Translations under genes and position numbers: made by a program
From: Patescibacteria group bacterium
GTDB taxonomy: Bacteria; Patescibacteriota; Minisyncoccia; HO2-45-28
Assembly: GCA_022563755.1 (NCBI GenBank)
Contig: JADFMT010000002.1
Location: forward strand, 1-42,409
Direction of reading: 5' to 3'
Length of the DNA: 42,409 nt
Part shown: positions 1-8,728 of the stretch, in pieces
How positions within the stretch are numbered: the stretch's first letter is position 1
Layout: every line of letters starts with the position of its first letter
The notes under the pieces: model-generated
The model's input: the letters and a program-made list of their open reading frames with translations, nothing else
Database searches by the model: none
What the model was told of the DNA's origin: nothing

Positions 1-420
1 TCTGTTCGTCCCATAACATACATCTTTGTTCCATCTGGTTTGAAGAAAATGTCATGAGGGGCTGTATCCTCTCCTGATACGTCAAACAATTGATTGAATG
101 AAGCGGTTGAGACATCCCACGGAGTTGACAAATTATATTCGTTAACGTCAATACCTATAAGTCCTAAAACATACATCTTTGTTCCATCTGGTTTGAAGAA
201 AATGTCTGCGGGGCCTGCATCCTCTGTTGTTACGCTAAAGGTCTGGAGGAATAAAGATGTTGAGACATCCCACGGAGTTGATAAATCATATTCATTAACG
301 TCAGCGCCTTGGAATTCCAAAACATACATCTTTGTTCCGTCGGGTTTGAAGAAAATGCCCAAGGGGACTGTTGCTATTGTGCTAGTCGCCTGGAGAAATG
401 AAGCTGAACCAACTCTCCAT
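1..420 (-). repeat. In-frame 153-bp (51-codon) tandem repeat, at least 3 units, continuing beyond the window edge
   Basis: The motif aacatacatctttgttcc(a/g)tc(t/g)ggtttgaagaaaatg recurs at 15, 168 and 321, an exact 153-bp period. It encodes repeated IFFKPDGTKMYV...NEY(D/N)LSTPWDVST, a beta-propeller-blade-like pattern. Confidence 0.85.
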
Positions 421-2750
421 GAAAATCCAGAAGGTGTTGCTGCCATTGCTTGAGTTGAGCCGTCGGAGAATAGAAAAGCGTCTGACGCTCTTATGTTTCC
501 TTGTACGTCTAATGTAAAGCTTGGGGTTGTCGTTCCAATGCCAACATTCACCGCATTGGCTCCTGTTCCTCCTAAGATTAAACTGTTGCTTGCGCTAACC
601 TTTGCATTGGATCCAATCGCTATTGCATTGCTCAAGCCATCAATTGTTACATCTGAAAAAGCCCCGATAAATACATTGTTTGAACCAGTAAAATTATTGA
701 GACCCGTTAATTCACCTACTCCAACATTGCTGCCGCCCTCGGTATTATTCGTGAGGGCTTGAGAACCGAGCGCGGTATTGCCGCCCCCTGCTAGATTAGC
801 TATAAGAGCATTTAGACCTACAGCGACATTCTTAGTTCCTGTCATTGCGAAGTTGCCTGCATTTACTCCGGCAAAAAAGTTGTCTGTTCCAAAATTATGG
901 ATAAATGTATCGTCTCCTGACTTTATAATCCCCGCGGTTAGTGTAGAGGGCGGAAGACGAAAATTCCCAGTTATCTCAAACTGTTCATTTGGCGTTGTCG
1001 TCCCAATCCCCATTCTCCCATTCAATCCATCAATGGAGAGAATAGGAGTCGCAGTGCTTGAGGTTGCAATACTCCAGGCATTAATGGATTGAAGAATAGT
1101 TGTGGTGGCGACATTGTTAAAGATTAAAGTTCCGGCATTAAACGTCACCGTATCTCCAATGGCATCGCCCAAGGTGGTATTGTTCTCAACCGTTAAGGTA
1201 GAGATGGTGGTGAGTCCTTGGGTAACCGTTCCCGAAGTCGTCAAGTTGTTGGCAAACACGTCTCCCTCGGCATCCACAAGAAACTTTACCGAATCCCCTA
1301 CCGCAATGCCAAAAAGATTCGTATCGGCTACTGCGGAGGCCGGATTAATCAGAAGCGCGGCGTCCAGCACATTGGAGTTTGTAACTCCGGAAGCCCACGT
1401 CCCAAATGCATGTACTAGGGTAGGAATTTTGGTAAGGGAAAGTTGACCGGCAATGGTTGAAGTTGCCGTTCCCTCGATACTTAAGGTTTCAGATACCGTA
1501 AGAGTGGATGAAAACGATCCTAGGGTTGCAGAGAATGCATTGGACGATGCAATCGTAATATCATTAGGGATATCAGAGTCGGTAAGTCCCGTGACTCCAG
1601 AGACCGTTGCAGAGTTTAGTATAGAGTCATTGATGGTAACACTACTTAACGCATTAATCCTATTGGTCAGAGCAATGGCCCTGAAGTTTGCATTGGCTCT
1701 TGAGCTTACCAGAGCCCTTAGCTCTGCAATCTCATTTAAGAATTTATTGTTGAGAGCTTGGATGGCTAAGTCGAGCTCTCCCTGAGAAAGACCCGAGATG
1801 ATCCTTTCAATCGTTCTCTCTACAACCGTCTTTTCAATAATGGTTGGTTGGGTTTGGAGACCTTGAGATGTGAGTTCTTGGATTTTTTCTTCCAAGGACG
1901 GTCCTTGGATGGAAGTTTGTCTGGACGGTCCAACGTCCACGTCCTCCTTCCCTTTTTGAGAAAGGAAGGTCCTTGATCCGCCAACGGGCGGAGACGGCAA
2001 GACATATCTTACCACTTGCTCTTTGATTTTTGTGATGAGGGTGACGAGAGCTTTTGTTGTTTGCGCTCCTTTCTCTGAAAGCCAAGAACCAACCTGCCTA
2101 CCTACAAAAAGAGGCCCTGTCTCTAAGAATTCTTGAATGGGCGCGAATGTCGTTTTAATATCAATGTCGTAAATCCCTGAGATAGCTTGATGCAAAAGTG
2201 CACCACTAATGGTTGTTGCTTTCTTGCTTGCATGCTCAAGATTTGTATAAACACGCAAAGGAAGTTGAGGATGTTGCCATACAAAGAAACCCACAACAAG
2301 AATGAGCATGCTAAACACAAGGGGTTTGAGAGAGAGGTTTGCGAGAAAGGATGTGTGGCTTCGTACGGGAATGGTTACGGGCTCTTTTTCTACTGGTTTT
2401 TCGCCCAAGAGCACGTGGTCCCAGGGGTCCGCCTCGTCGAGTCGAGACGGGTCGGCGTTAGGAATTTCTTTTATGTCGATTACGTCAAGTTTTTTTGCAG
2501 GCGAACCAACCTCTGAAGAATTATCGAGATGTAAGGGCCTTTCTACTGATATCGAGGTTTTCTCGCGAAATCTTTTAAAAACATCTTCCTCAATAAACCA
2601 GGCGTTTCCGATTCTCTCGGCGCTTAATTTTCCACTGCGAATTAACTGTCCTAGATAATCTTTGTGATAGCCGCAAAGAGAAGAAGCATAATAAAGCGAA
2701 AGATACGCTTTGCCATTTCTCGAGATTGATTTTATTGCTTTTCTCGCCAT
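1..2750 (-). CDS. Large membrane-anchored surface protein, partial (C-terminus runs off the left edge): N-terminal excisionase/MerR-like HTH, one TM helix, tail-fibre-like Gly/Thr/Asn-rich region, C-terminal 51-aa tandem repeats
   Basis: Hand translation of the minus strand from ATG (cat at 2748-2750) stays open to position 1. It is absent from the ORF track because there is no in-window stop. The N-terminus MARKAIKS..YLSLYYASSLCGYHKDYLGQLIRSGKLSAERIGNAWFIEEDVFKRF resembles an HTH_17/excisionase fold. A hydrophobic helix LKPLVFSMLILVVGFFVW follows. Motifs GIGTTTPNEQFEITGN, GIGTTTPSFTLDVQGNIRA and FSDGSTQ are typical of tail-fibre-like proteins. The repeated DIFFKPDGTKMYV..NEY.LSTPWDVST units follow. 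The + strand ORFs at 94..1785 all lie antisense to it. Confidence 0.8.
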   Translation of the reverse strand, partial: MARKAIKSISRNGKAYLSLYYASSLCGYHKDYLGQLIRSGKLSAERIGNAWFIEEDVFKRFREKTSISVERPLHLDNSSEVGSPAKKLDVIDIKEIPNADPSRLDEADPWDHVLLGEKPVEKEPVTIPVRSHTSFLANLSLKPLVFSMLILVVGFFVWQHPQLPLRVYTNLEHASKKATTISGALLHQAISGIYDIDIKTTFAPIQEFLETGPLFVGRQVGSWLSEKGAQTTKALVTLITKIKEQVVRYVLPSPPVGGSRTFLSQKGKEDVDVGPSRQTSIQGPSLEEKIQELTSQGLQTQPTIIEKTVVERTIERIISGLSQGELDLAIQALNNKFLNEIAELRALVSSRANANFRAIALTNRINALSSVTINDSILNSATVSGVTGLTDSDIPNDITIASSNAFSATLGSFSSTLTVSETLSIEGTATSTIAGQLSLTKIPTLVHAFGTWASGVTNSNVLDAALLINPASAVADTNLFGIAVGDSVKFLVDAEGDVFANNLTTSGTVTQGLTTISTLTVENNTTLGDAIGDTVTFNAGTLIFNNVATTTILQSINAWSIATSSTATPILSIDGLNGRMGIGTTTPNEQFEITGNFRLPPSTLTAGIIKSGDDTFIHNFGTDNFFAGVNAGNFAMTGTKNVAVGLNALIANLAGGGNTALGSQALTNNTEGGSNVGVGELTGLNNFTGSNNVFIGAFSDVTIDGLSNAIAIGSNAKVSASNSLILGGTGANAVNVGIGTTTPSFTLDVQGNIRASDAFLFSDGSTQAMAATPSGFSWRVGSASFLQATSTIATVPLGIFFKPDGTKMYVLEFQGADVNEYDLSTPWDVSTSLFLQTFSVTTEDAGPADIFFKPDGTKMYVLGLIGIDVNEYNLSTPWDVSTASFNQLFDVSGEDTAPHDIFFKPDGTKMYVMGRT

Positions 2751-2803
2751 AAATCGTGTTATCTTAAAGTTTACCAACTACACTAGAAAGTAGAAATCCT
2801 ATG

Positions 2804-2848
2804 TGTGGATAAACCACTTGTTAGACAAAATCGGTTTTGTCTAACAAG
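2804..2848. promoter_or_regulatory. Perfect DnaA-box 9-mer (TTATCCACA on the minus strand) followed by a perfect 14-bp inverted repeat, in the divergent intergenic region upstream of dnaB
   Basis: tgtggataa lies at 2804-2812. cttgttagacaaaa (2817-2830), tcgg, ttttgtctaacaag (2835-2848) form the inverted repeat. The site is 75-120 bp upstream of the dnaB ATG. Confidence 0.35.
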
Positions 2849-2922
2849 GCAAGATCTTCACAGGTTATACAGAAAAATAGGTATGTTTGCGATTGAAGAG
2901 CTGTGCCATCTTTTGTTAGAGT

Positions 2923-4275
2923 ATGTACATCATGCCTGAAGGAATACGAATCCCACCGCAAAATATTGAAGCCGAGATGTCGGTGCTTGGTGCGTTGATG
3001 TTAGACTCGAATGCGGTTTTTAAAATTGTTGATCTTTTGAAGCCTCAGCATTTTTATCGCGAAAATCACCGCGTAATTTATGAAACGGCAATGGAACTTG
3101 CAGAGAGACGAGAACCTATTGACGTTCTTTCTTTGTCGAATCGTCTAAAAGAAAAAAATCACCTTGAAGCGATTGGGGGGAAAAGTTATTTGGCAGATTT
3201 GGTAAACGCCATACCGAGCGCTGCTCACATCAATCACTATGCAGAGATTGTTCATAAAAAAGGCGCGTTGCGTGAATTGCTTGAGGCAGCACAGCACATC
3301 AGCGAATTAGGATATCGCGAAGAAGAAGACGTTGATGTCTTGTTGGATGAAGCCGAGAAGAAAATTTTCTCCATTTCTCAAACATCACTTCGTCAACAAT
3401 TTCTACCGGTAGGATCCGCGCTTGCAGAAGCGTGGGAGCGGATTGACCGCCTGCATAAAAGTAAAGGAGAGATTCGCGGCATGCCAACGGGTTTTGCTGA
3501 ACTGGATAATATTTTAGCGGGATTTCAACCATCCGATCTTATTATTTTGGCAGGGCGGCCGTCCATGGGTAAAACCGCGCTTGCGCTTGACATTGCGAGA
3601 AACGCGGCCGTAAATCATCAGATACCGGTTGGGATTTTTTCTTTGGAAATGTCAAGCCAGCAACTCGTGGATCGGTTTATCGCAGCGGAGGCTCATATTG
3701 ATTCATGGAAGCTTAGAACCGGACGCTTGTCGGCTGAGGAAGATGATTTTACTCGAGTGCGCCAAGCAATGGAAAAACTTTCAAAAGCCCCCATTTATAT
3801 TGATGACGAAGCGTCTAACACCATTCTCCAAATGCGTGCGATGGCGCGTCGACTTCAAGCAGAGAAAGGATTGGGTTTAATTGTGGTAGATTATCTTCAA
3901 CTAATGCAACCTCGAGTGCATATAGAAAGTATGGTGCAGCAAATTACAGAAATTTCGAGATCTCTGAAGGCGCTCGCCCGCGAATTAAATATTCCGGTCC
4001 TCGCGCTCTCTCAGCTTTCGCGCGCCGTTGAACAACGCCACCCTCCCATTCCTCGCCTTTCTGATCTTCGAGACTCGGGAAGTATCGAGCAGGATGCCGA
4101 TGTTGTCATGTTTATTTATCGCGAGGATCGTTATAAACAAAGCAGCGATCGGATTAATCAAGTAGATATTTTAATTCAAAAACATCGAAATGGACCCTTG
4201 GGACAAATAACGCTCTACTTTAACCCACAAAAGGTGAGTTTTACAAGTCTTGCAGAAGAAGAATCGTTAAAATGA
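2923..4275 (+). CDS. dnaB: Replicative DNA helicase DnaB
   Basis: 450-aa ORF. It has the N-terminal PPQNIEAEMSVLGALMLD, Walker A GRPSMGKTALAL, Walker B LIVVDYLQLM, plus SQLSR and HRNGP motifs characteristic of DnaB. The start could also be the ATG at 2932. Confidence 0.95.
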   Translation: MYIMPEGIRIPPQNIEAEMSVLGALMLDSNAVFKIVDLLKPQHFYRENHRVIYETAMELAERREPIDVLSLSNRLKEKNHLEAIGGKSYLADLVNAIPSAAHINHYAEIVHKKGALRELLEAAQHISELGYREEEDVDVLLDEAEKKIFSISQTSLRQQFLPVGSALAEAWERIDRLHKSKGEIRGMPTGFAELDNILAGFQPSDLIILAGRPSMGKTALALDIARNAAVNHQIPVGIFSLEMSSQQLVDRFIAAEAHIDSWKLRTGRLSAEEDDFTRVRQAMEKLSKAPIYIDDEASNTILQMRAMARRLQAEKGLGLIVVDYLQLMQPRVHIESMVQQITEISRSLKALARELNIPVLALSQLSRAVEQRHPPIPRLSDLRDSGSIEQDADVVMFIYREDRYKQSSDRINQVDILIQKHRNGPLGQITLYFNPQKVSFTSLAEEESLK

Positions 4276-4278
4276 GCT

Positions 4279-4884
4279 ATGCGACCGCAAATAATTGAAA
4301 AGCTAGTCCATATTTTTACACAATTTCCAGGAATTGGCCCGCGCCAAGCTGCCCGTTTTGCATATTATCTTGTAAGTGCGAAGGCAGAGATAAAGATAGA
4401 GTTAAAAGACGCATTGGAGGGTTTAAAGAGGGTTAAGCGTTGTGGTCTTTGTGATCGGGTTCATGAAGGATACGGACAGACCTGCGCGCTTTGTAGCGAC
4501 AGCGCGCGGGATCGTCAAATGCTTGCCGTCATAGAAAAAGATGTAGATCTGGAGTCCATTGAGAAAGCTGGAATCTATCGCGGGCGCTACTTCATTCTCG
4601 GAGGTCTTTTGTCTACCTTGAACGCTCAAAGTAAAAGTCGTGCGCGCACGGAGAGATTGTTTGAATATGTAAAATCCTCACCTCATATTCGGGAGGTTAT
4701 CCTTGCGATGAGTACTACAGTGGAAGGAAGTTTTACAGCTCGTTATGTGGAAAAAATTCTTGAACCCCTTAAAAAAAATCGTACGCTTTCCGTAACTCAC
4801 TTGGCTCAAGGGCTTTCGGCGGGCGCCGAGCTTGAGTACCTGAATCGTGATACTTTAAAAAGCGCACTTGAAAACCGCAGATAA
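4279..4884 (+). CDS. recR: Recombination protein RecR
   Basis: It has the FPGIGPRQAARFAYYL helix-hairpin-helix, a Cys4 zinc finger (CGLCDRV...CALC) and a Toprim-like region (EVILAMSTTVEG). It starts 4 nt after the dnaB stop. Confidence 0.9.
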   Translation: MRPQIIEKLVHIFTQFPGIGPRQAARFAYYLVSAKAEIKIELKDALEGLKRVKRCGLCDRVHEGYGQTCALCSDSARDRQMLAVIEKDVDLESIEKAGIYRGRYFILGGLLSTLNAQSKSRARTERLFEYVKSSPHIREVILAMSTTVEGSFTARYVEKILEPLKKNRTLSVTHLAQGLSAGAELEYLNRDTLKSALENRR

Positions 4885-4886
4885 AC

Positions 4887-5660
4887 CTACCTCAACTTAT
4901 AAAACCCCTTGTTTTTAAATCGAAGGTCTAGATAATCCAAATTCTCGATCTGATCTTTGATGACAGAGGTAAGAAAAATATCTAAATTTTCTAAAGCGCG
5001 ATCAATATCGGTTTCGGAGTCCAACACAATCCTCCAGCCCTCCGTTGTCGTAAGCCAAAATGCGAGATCCAAAGTTATTTTAATCTCGATCGTACGAGTT
5101 TTATAAGTATCGTTTAGCCGTACGATAAAATTCTGTAAATTGATAACGTACTCGGTTTCAAGAAATGGTTTCCCCATTTTTACCATCATATCCCGTTCAT
5201 CAAATATTTTTAGTATAAGGTCTCCAAAAAAAACCGGCGCTTTTTGAAACACGATCCCTGAATTATCGATATAAAAACAGGTTGTTTCTATTTTATTTGG
5301 TTCTGTTTCCGGACACCACAGCGCCCACGGTTTTCTTTCTTGGACTTCAAGATGCAATGTTTTTTGAAAAAAGTTTCGCCGAACGTCCACTTCAGCGATT
5401 CGGGGAAACGAGGTTTTAAGACTTGCAATTAATTTTTTAGAGCTGAAGAAAAATGGAGTTTTTAGAAATTCTTTAACGCTGGATTCCAACTCCTCTTTTT
5501 TAAGATTCTCAATGCCCCGAATATTTACCTCTCGAGGAACAATGATTCGAGGTGTTATAATGCCGATAACAAGGGTTACGACACCCAGCACAAAAACGAG
5601 AGAAAAAATATTTTTAAGAAATCTTGAGCGTTGCGGTCTGCGAGAGCGGCTGGAAAACAT
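4887..5660 (-). CDS. FtsQ/DivIB-like cell-division protein (N-terminal TM anchor plus POTRA-like domain)
   Basis: A basic N-terminus is followed by the TM helix IFSLVFVLGVVTLVIGII and then IRGIENLKKEELESSVKEFL, which resembles a POTRA start. Size and topology fit FtsQ. Confidence 0.55.
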   Translation of the reverse strand: MFSSRSRRPQRSRFLKNIFSLVFVLGVVTLVIGIITPRIIVPREVNIRGIENLKKEELESSVKEFLKTPFFFSSKKLIASLKTSFPRIAEVDVRRNFFQKTLHLEVQERKPWALWCPETEPNKIETTCFYIDNSGIVFQKAPVFFGDLILKIFDERDMMVKMGKPFLETEYVINLQNFIVRLNDTYKTRTIEIKITLDLAFWLTTTEGWRIVLDSETDIDRALENLDIFLTSVIKDQIENLDYLDLRFKNKGFYKLR

Positions 5661-5664
5661 TATT

Positions 5665-6933
5665 TTATCGAGGCTTTATTACCTCAAAGCCTGTATATTT
5701 TTTAAGAGCTCTTGGCACGATAACCGAGCCATCGGGCTCTTGATAGTTCTCCAAAATGGAGATCAAGATTCTAGGGGTGGCGATTGCGGTATTATTTAAG
5801 GAATAGCAGAATCGAGTTTTCCCGTCTTTCGTCCGATAACGCGTGTTGAGACGACGAGTTTGAAAATCGTGGTAGTAAGAAGAAGAATGAGATTCCCGGT
5901 ATCTGCGCTCGGATGGTATCCAAACCTCTAGATCATAAGTTTTTACGTGCGCTCTACCCATGTCGCCACCACAGACAGTGACAACCCGGTATGGAAGATC
6001 CAAAACCTGCAAAGTTTTCTCTGCGCATTCGGTTAGCTCTTCATGCAGGCGAACTGAATCTTGATGGTCGGCAAGACTTAAAATTAACTGCTCTACCTTA
6101 AAAAATTCGTGCACGCGATAGATGCCCTTTGCATCTTTTCCGTGAGCGCCGGCTTCTCTGCGGAAACAAGGCGAGAAAGCCAAATACTTTTTTGGCAACT
6201 CTTCCTCTTTCAATATTTCATCCGAGTGAAGCCCCATGAGTGGAATTTCGGCGGTTGCCGAAAGATACAAGTCATCCTGGGTTTTGTACACGTCGTCTTT
6301 TGATTGCGGAAAATGACCAGTACCAAAAAGGTTTTTTTCCCGTACCAGTGCGGGAACCAGTAACGGCTGATATCCACGATCTCGAAATTGGTCAAATATA
6401 AGTTGCCACAGCGCAAAAGACAACAGCACGGCTTCGTTTTTCAAAAAATATCCGCGAAAACCCGAAACTTTTGCTCCTCGTTCCAAATCAACTAGGTCCA
6501 AATTTTTCATGAGCGTGACATGATCTTTGACTTCAAATTTAAATGACGGTATCTCCCCCCACCGACGGATTTCTTTGTTGTCACGTTCACTTTCGCCGTC
6601 GGAAACCGAAGGATCCGGAATATTTGGTACGTCAGACATGAGCTTACGCCATTCATTATCTATTCGTTTAAATTCGTATTCTTTTTTGGATAGAATCTCT
6701 TTCAGCTCTCGTAAATCTTTAATTGCACCACTTTTCTCTTTTTCGTCCTCTAGCGTAGCCACTTGTTCAGTTGCGCGATTGTGTTTGGCCCTAAGTTCCT
6801 CAATTTCGCCCGTCGCGCTGCGCCGCGTCTTATCAACTTCCAAAAGCCGTGTCACATCAAAATCCAAGCGCTTTTTTTGTGCTGCGGCGCGGATTAAATC
6901 AGGATTTTCGCGGATAAATTTAATATCGAGCAT
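5665..6933 (-). CDS. serS: Seryl-tRNA synthetase
   Basis: It has the canonical MLDIKFIRENPD start, a coiled-coil tRNA-binding arm, and class II core motifs (FSPCFRREAG, YRVHEFFKVE, SLNNTAIATPRILISILENYQ). Confidence 0.95.
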   Translation of the reverse strand: MLDIKFIRENPDLIRAAAQKKRLDFDVTRLLEVDKTRRSATGEIEELRAKHNRATEQVATLEDEKEKSGAIKDLRELKEILSKKEYEFKRIDNEWRKLMSDVPNIPDPSVSDGESERDNKEIRRWGEIPSFKFEVKDHVTLMKNLDLVDLERGAKVSGFRGYFLKNEAVLLSFALWQLIFDQFRDRGYQPLLVPALVREKNLFGTGHFPQSKDDVYKTQDDLYLSATAEIPLMGLHSDEILKEEELPKKYLAFSPCFRREAGAHGKDAKGIYRVHEFFKVEQLILSLADHQDSVRLHEELTECAEKTLQVLDLPYRVVTVCGGDMGRAHVKTYDLEVWIPSERRYRESHSSSYYHDFQTRRLNTRYRTKDGKTRFCYSLNNTAIATPRILISILENYQEPDGSVIVPRALKKYTGFEVIKPR

Positions 6934-6962
6934 AGAAACGCTTCAGTTTTATGATACCGCTT

Positions 6963-7718
6963 TTAGAGATAATCTAGCAAGCGTTCGTACTCAATAAATC
7001 GAAAAATCTTAAAACCGTAAGAGACGAGGAGCGCCATGTTGTCGGTGACCAAAAGGATTCCCAACAGTATCAAAAATATTCCTCCGATGACAGAAACTAC
7101 ATTTAAATATCGAGAAAGACCTGCAAGATGTCTGGAGGCCCAGCCAATGCCTAAAGCAATAGCTAAAAATGGAATGGCAAGGCCAAGTGAGAAAATAGAG
7201 AGTAAAAATGCGCCCTGAGACGCGGTTGCCGACGTTGAGGCAAGAAGTAAAATAGCGCCCAAGATCGGGCCCACACAAGGCGTCCATCCAAATCCAAACG
7301 CAGAGCCCAAAATGAGGGAGTTGAAAGAATTCCCCCGTTTAAATAAAGTCGGGACTTTAAATTGTTTTTCTCGTGAGAGGTATGGAATCTTTATGACATT
7401 CAACATGAAGAGCCCAAAGATAATGACAAAAATTCCGCCGATCCGAGTAAGCCATATTCGATACGGAGCAAATGCGATTCCGACGAGTCCCGCCAGGGTT
7501 CCAAAAATAATGAAAACAAGACTAAATCCAAAGACAAAGAAAATGCCGTTTAAGAAAATTTTCAGGCGCGCTCCTCTTGATTTTTTAGGGTCTTTGAGAT
7601 CTTCAAGAGAAACACCGCTTATAAATCCTAAATAAGCCGGCACCAAAGGCAGTGTGCAGGGGGCCAAGAATGTTAATAAACCAGCTATGAACGCCGGAAT
7701 AATTAATGCTAAATCCAT
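6963..7718 (-). CDS. ccdA: CcdA/DsbD-family thiol-disulfide electron transporter
   Basis: It is a polytopic membrane protein. The first conserved Cys lies in LAPCTLPLVPAYLGFISG and the second in GWTPCVGPILG, the signature of the DsbD/CcdA family. Confidence 0.85.
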   Translation of the reverse strand: MDLALIIPAFIAGLLTFLAPCTLPLVPAYLGFISGVSLEDLKDPKKSRGARLKIFLNGIFFVFGFSLVFIIFGTLAGLVGIAFAPYRIWLTRIGGIFVIIFGLFMLNVIKIPYLSREKQFKVPTLFKRGNSFNSLILGSAFGFGWTPCVGPILGAILLLASTSATASQGAFLLSIFSLGLAIPFLAIALGIGWASRHLAGLSRYLNVVSVIGGIFLILLGILLVTDNMALLVSYGFKIFRFIEYERLLDYL

Positions 7719-7733
7719 AAAAATGACTACTAT

Positions 7734-8198
7734 CTAATTTCTAATTCGGAATTTCTTTAAAGCTTCTCTTTGAACATCTTCCAAATGAGTAGAGGGGCGT
7801 TTCTCTTTTACGAATGCCTCGGCTTCCTCCCAAGTCATGCCTTTTGTTTTCATGAGGTATGCTGCCATCATTGTGGGCGCGCGGCCATGCCCGTTTTTAC
7901 AATGCAGATATATTTTTCTGCCCATTTTCACAAGGCGTTCGAGCGTATCCGTTCCAAAGGCAAGCTGGTCTTCTGCGGGCGCGGTGTGATTTTTAATCGG
8001 AATCCAGATATAGAAATCAACACCAAAGGGTTGATCTAGGCGTACTTCTTCCAATGAAATGTCTGCCGTAATCCCCTCTTTTTTTAATTGTTCATCAAAA
8101 TGCGTCTGGCAGCATTGATTTGTGCCGATATAAATCCCATCGGTAATATAATTATATTCCAGCTCTTTGCTCTCTGGGTGATCTAGGTGATTGATCAT
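7734..8198 (-). CDS. Dual-specificity (Cys-based, HCX5R) protein phosphatase-like protein
   Basis: The active-site loop is YLHCKNGHGRAPTMMAAYLM (HCxxGxxR). Its start overlaps the stop of the upstream TlpA-like gene by 4 bp. Confidence 0.75.
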   Translation of the reverse strand: MINHLDHPESKELEYNYITDGIYIGTNQCCQTHFDEQLKKEGITADISLEEVRLDQPFGVDFYIWIPIKNHTAPAEDQLAFGTDTLERLVKMGRKIYLHCKNGHGRAPTMMAAYLMKTKGMTWEEAEAFVKEKRPSTHLEDVQREALKKFRIRN

Positions 8199-8716
8199 AG
8201 GATTTTTTGAATACGTTCTCGGATCTCTTCAACGTCCATGGGACCGCGCTTGTGATCACGGATGTTACCTTCTCTATCTACAAAAATGGTCTCGGGCATA
8301 GAAAACCCGCCAATGGATCGGTAAAACGAATCGCCTGGGTCGAGCAGGAAGACGAGATCATTTGTGACCTCTAAATCGTCGGTATAACGTTTGGAAGTGG
8401 CAAGTGATTCTGCGCGATCAATGGCAATAATCACGACCTTATCTCCTAATTCTTTCTGTACCGCTGCAAAATCCGGAAGCTCATCAATACAAAATGGACA
8501 CCATGCCGCCCAAGAATTTATGACGAGTGGCACACCTGCAAAATCGGCCAAGCTTACGGTATTTCCTTGATAATCCTTCAGAGAAAAATCTGGCGCTTTG
8601 TCGAGAGAAGCTTCCTCGCCTGGTTGCATCGCCGGAGACCCGCTATTACGTAAAAACGTAGCCGCGCCAACCCCCAACACGATAAGAACACCGACAAGAA
8701 TAATTATTTTTTTCAC
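8195..8716 (-). CDS. Membrane-anchored TlpA/ResA-like thioredoxin-fold thiol-disulfide oxidoreductase
   Basis: It has an N-terminal hydrophobic anchor (IIILVGVLIVLGVGAATF) and the redox motif WAAWCPFC. It uses a GTG start. Confidence 0.85.
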   Translation of the reverse strand: MKKIIILVGVLIVLGVGAATFLRNSGSPAMQPGEEASLDKAPDFSLKDYQGNTVSLADFAGVPLVINSWAAWCPFCIDELPDFAAVQKELGDKVVIIAIDRAESLATSKRYTDDLEVTNDLVFLLDPGDSFYRSIGGFSMPETIFVDREGNIRDHKRGPMDVEEIRERIQKIL

Positions 8717-8728
8717 AGTAGTATTTGA

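Noticed and set aside
94-1785. Five consecutive + strand ORFs (94..453, 493..762, 778..1092, 1102..1446, 1453..1785), all in one frame
   Set aside because: Their products are low-complexity (Pro/Val/Ser/Ala-rich) with no motifs. They lie exactly antisense to a continuous, motif-rich minus-strand reading frame (1..2750). That frame is missing from the track only because its stop is outside the window.
1-2750. Prophage remnant suggested by tail-fibre-like motifs in the large surface protein
   Set aside because: There are no other phage genes (capsid, terminase, integrase, baseplate) in the window. The protein has its own HTH-TM N-terminus and is flanked by dnaB-recR, so it is more likely a cellular surface protein using a tail-fibre-like fold.
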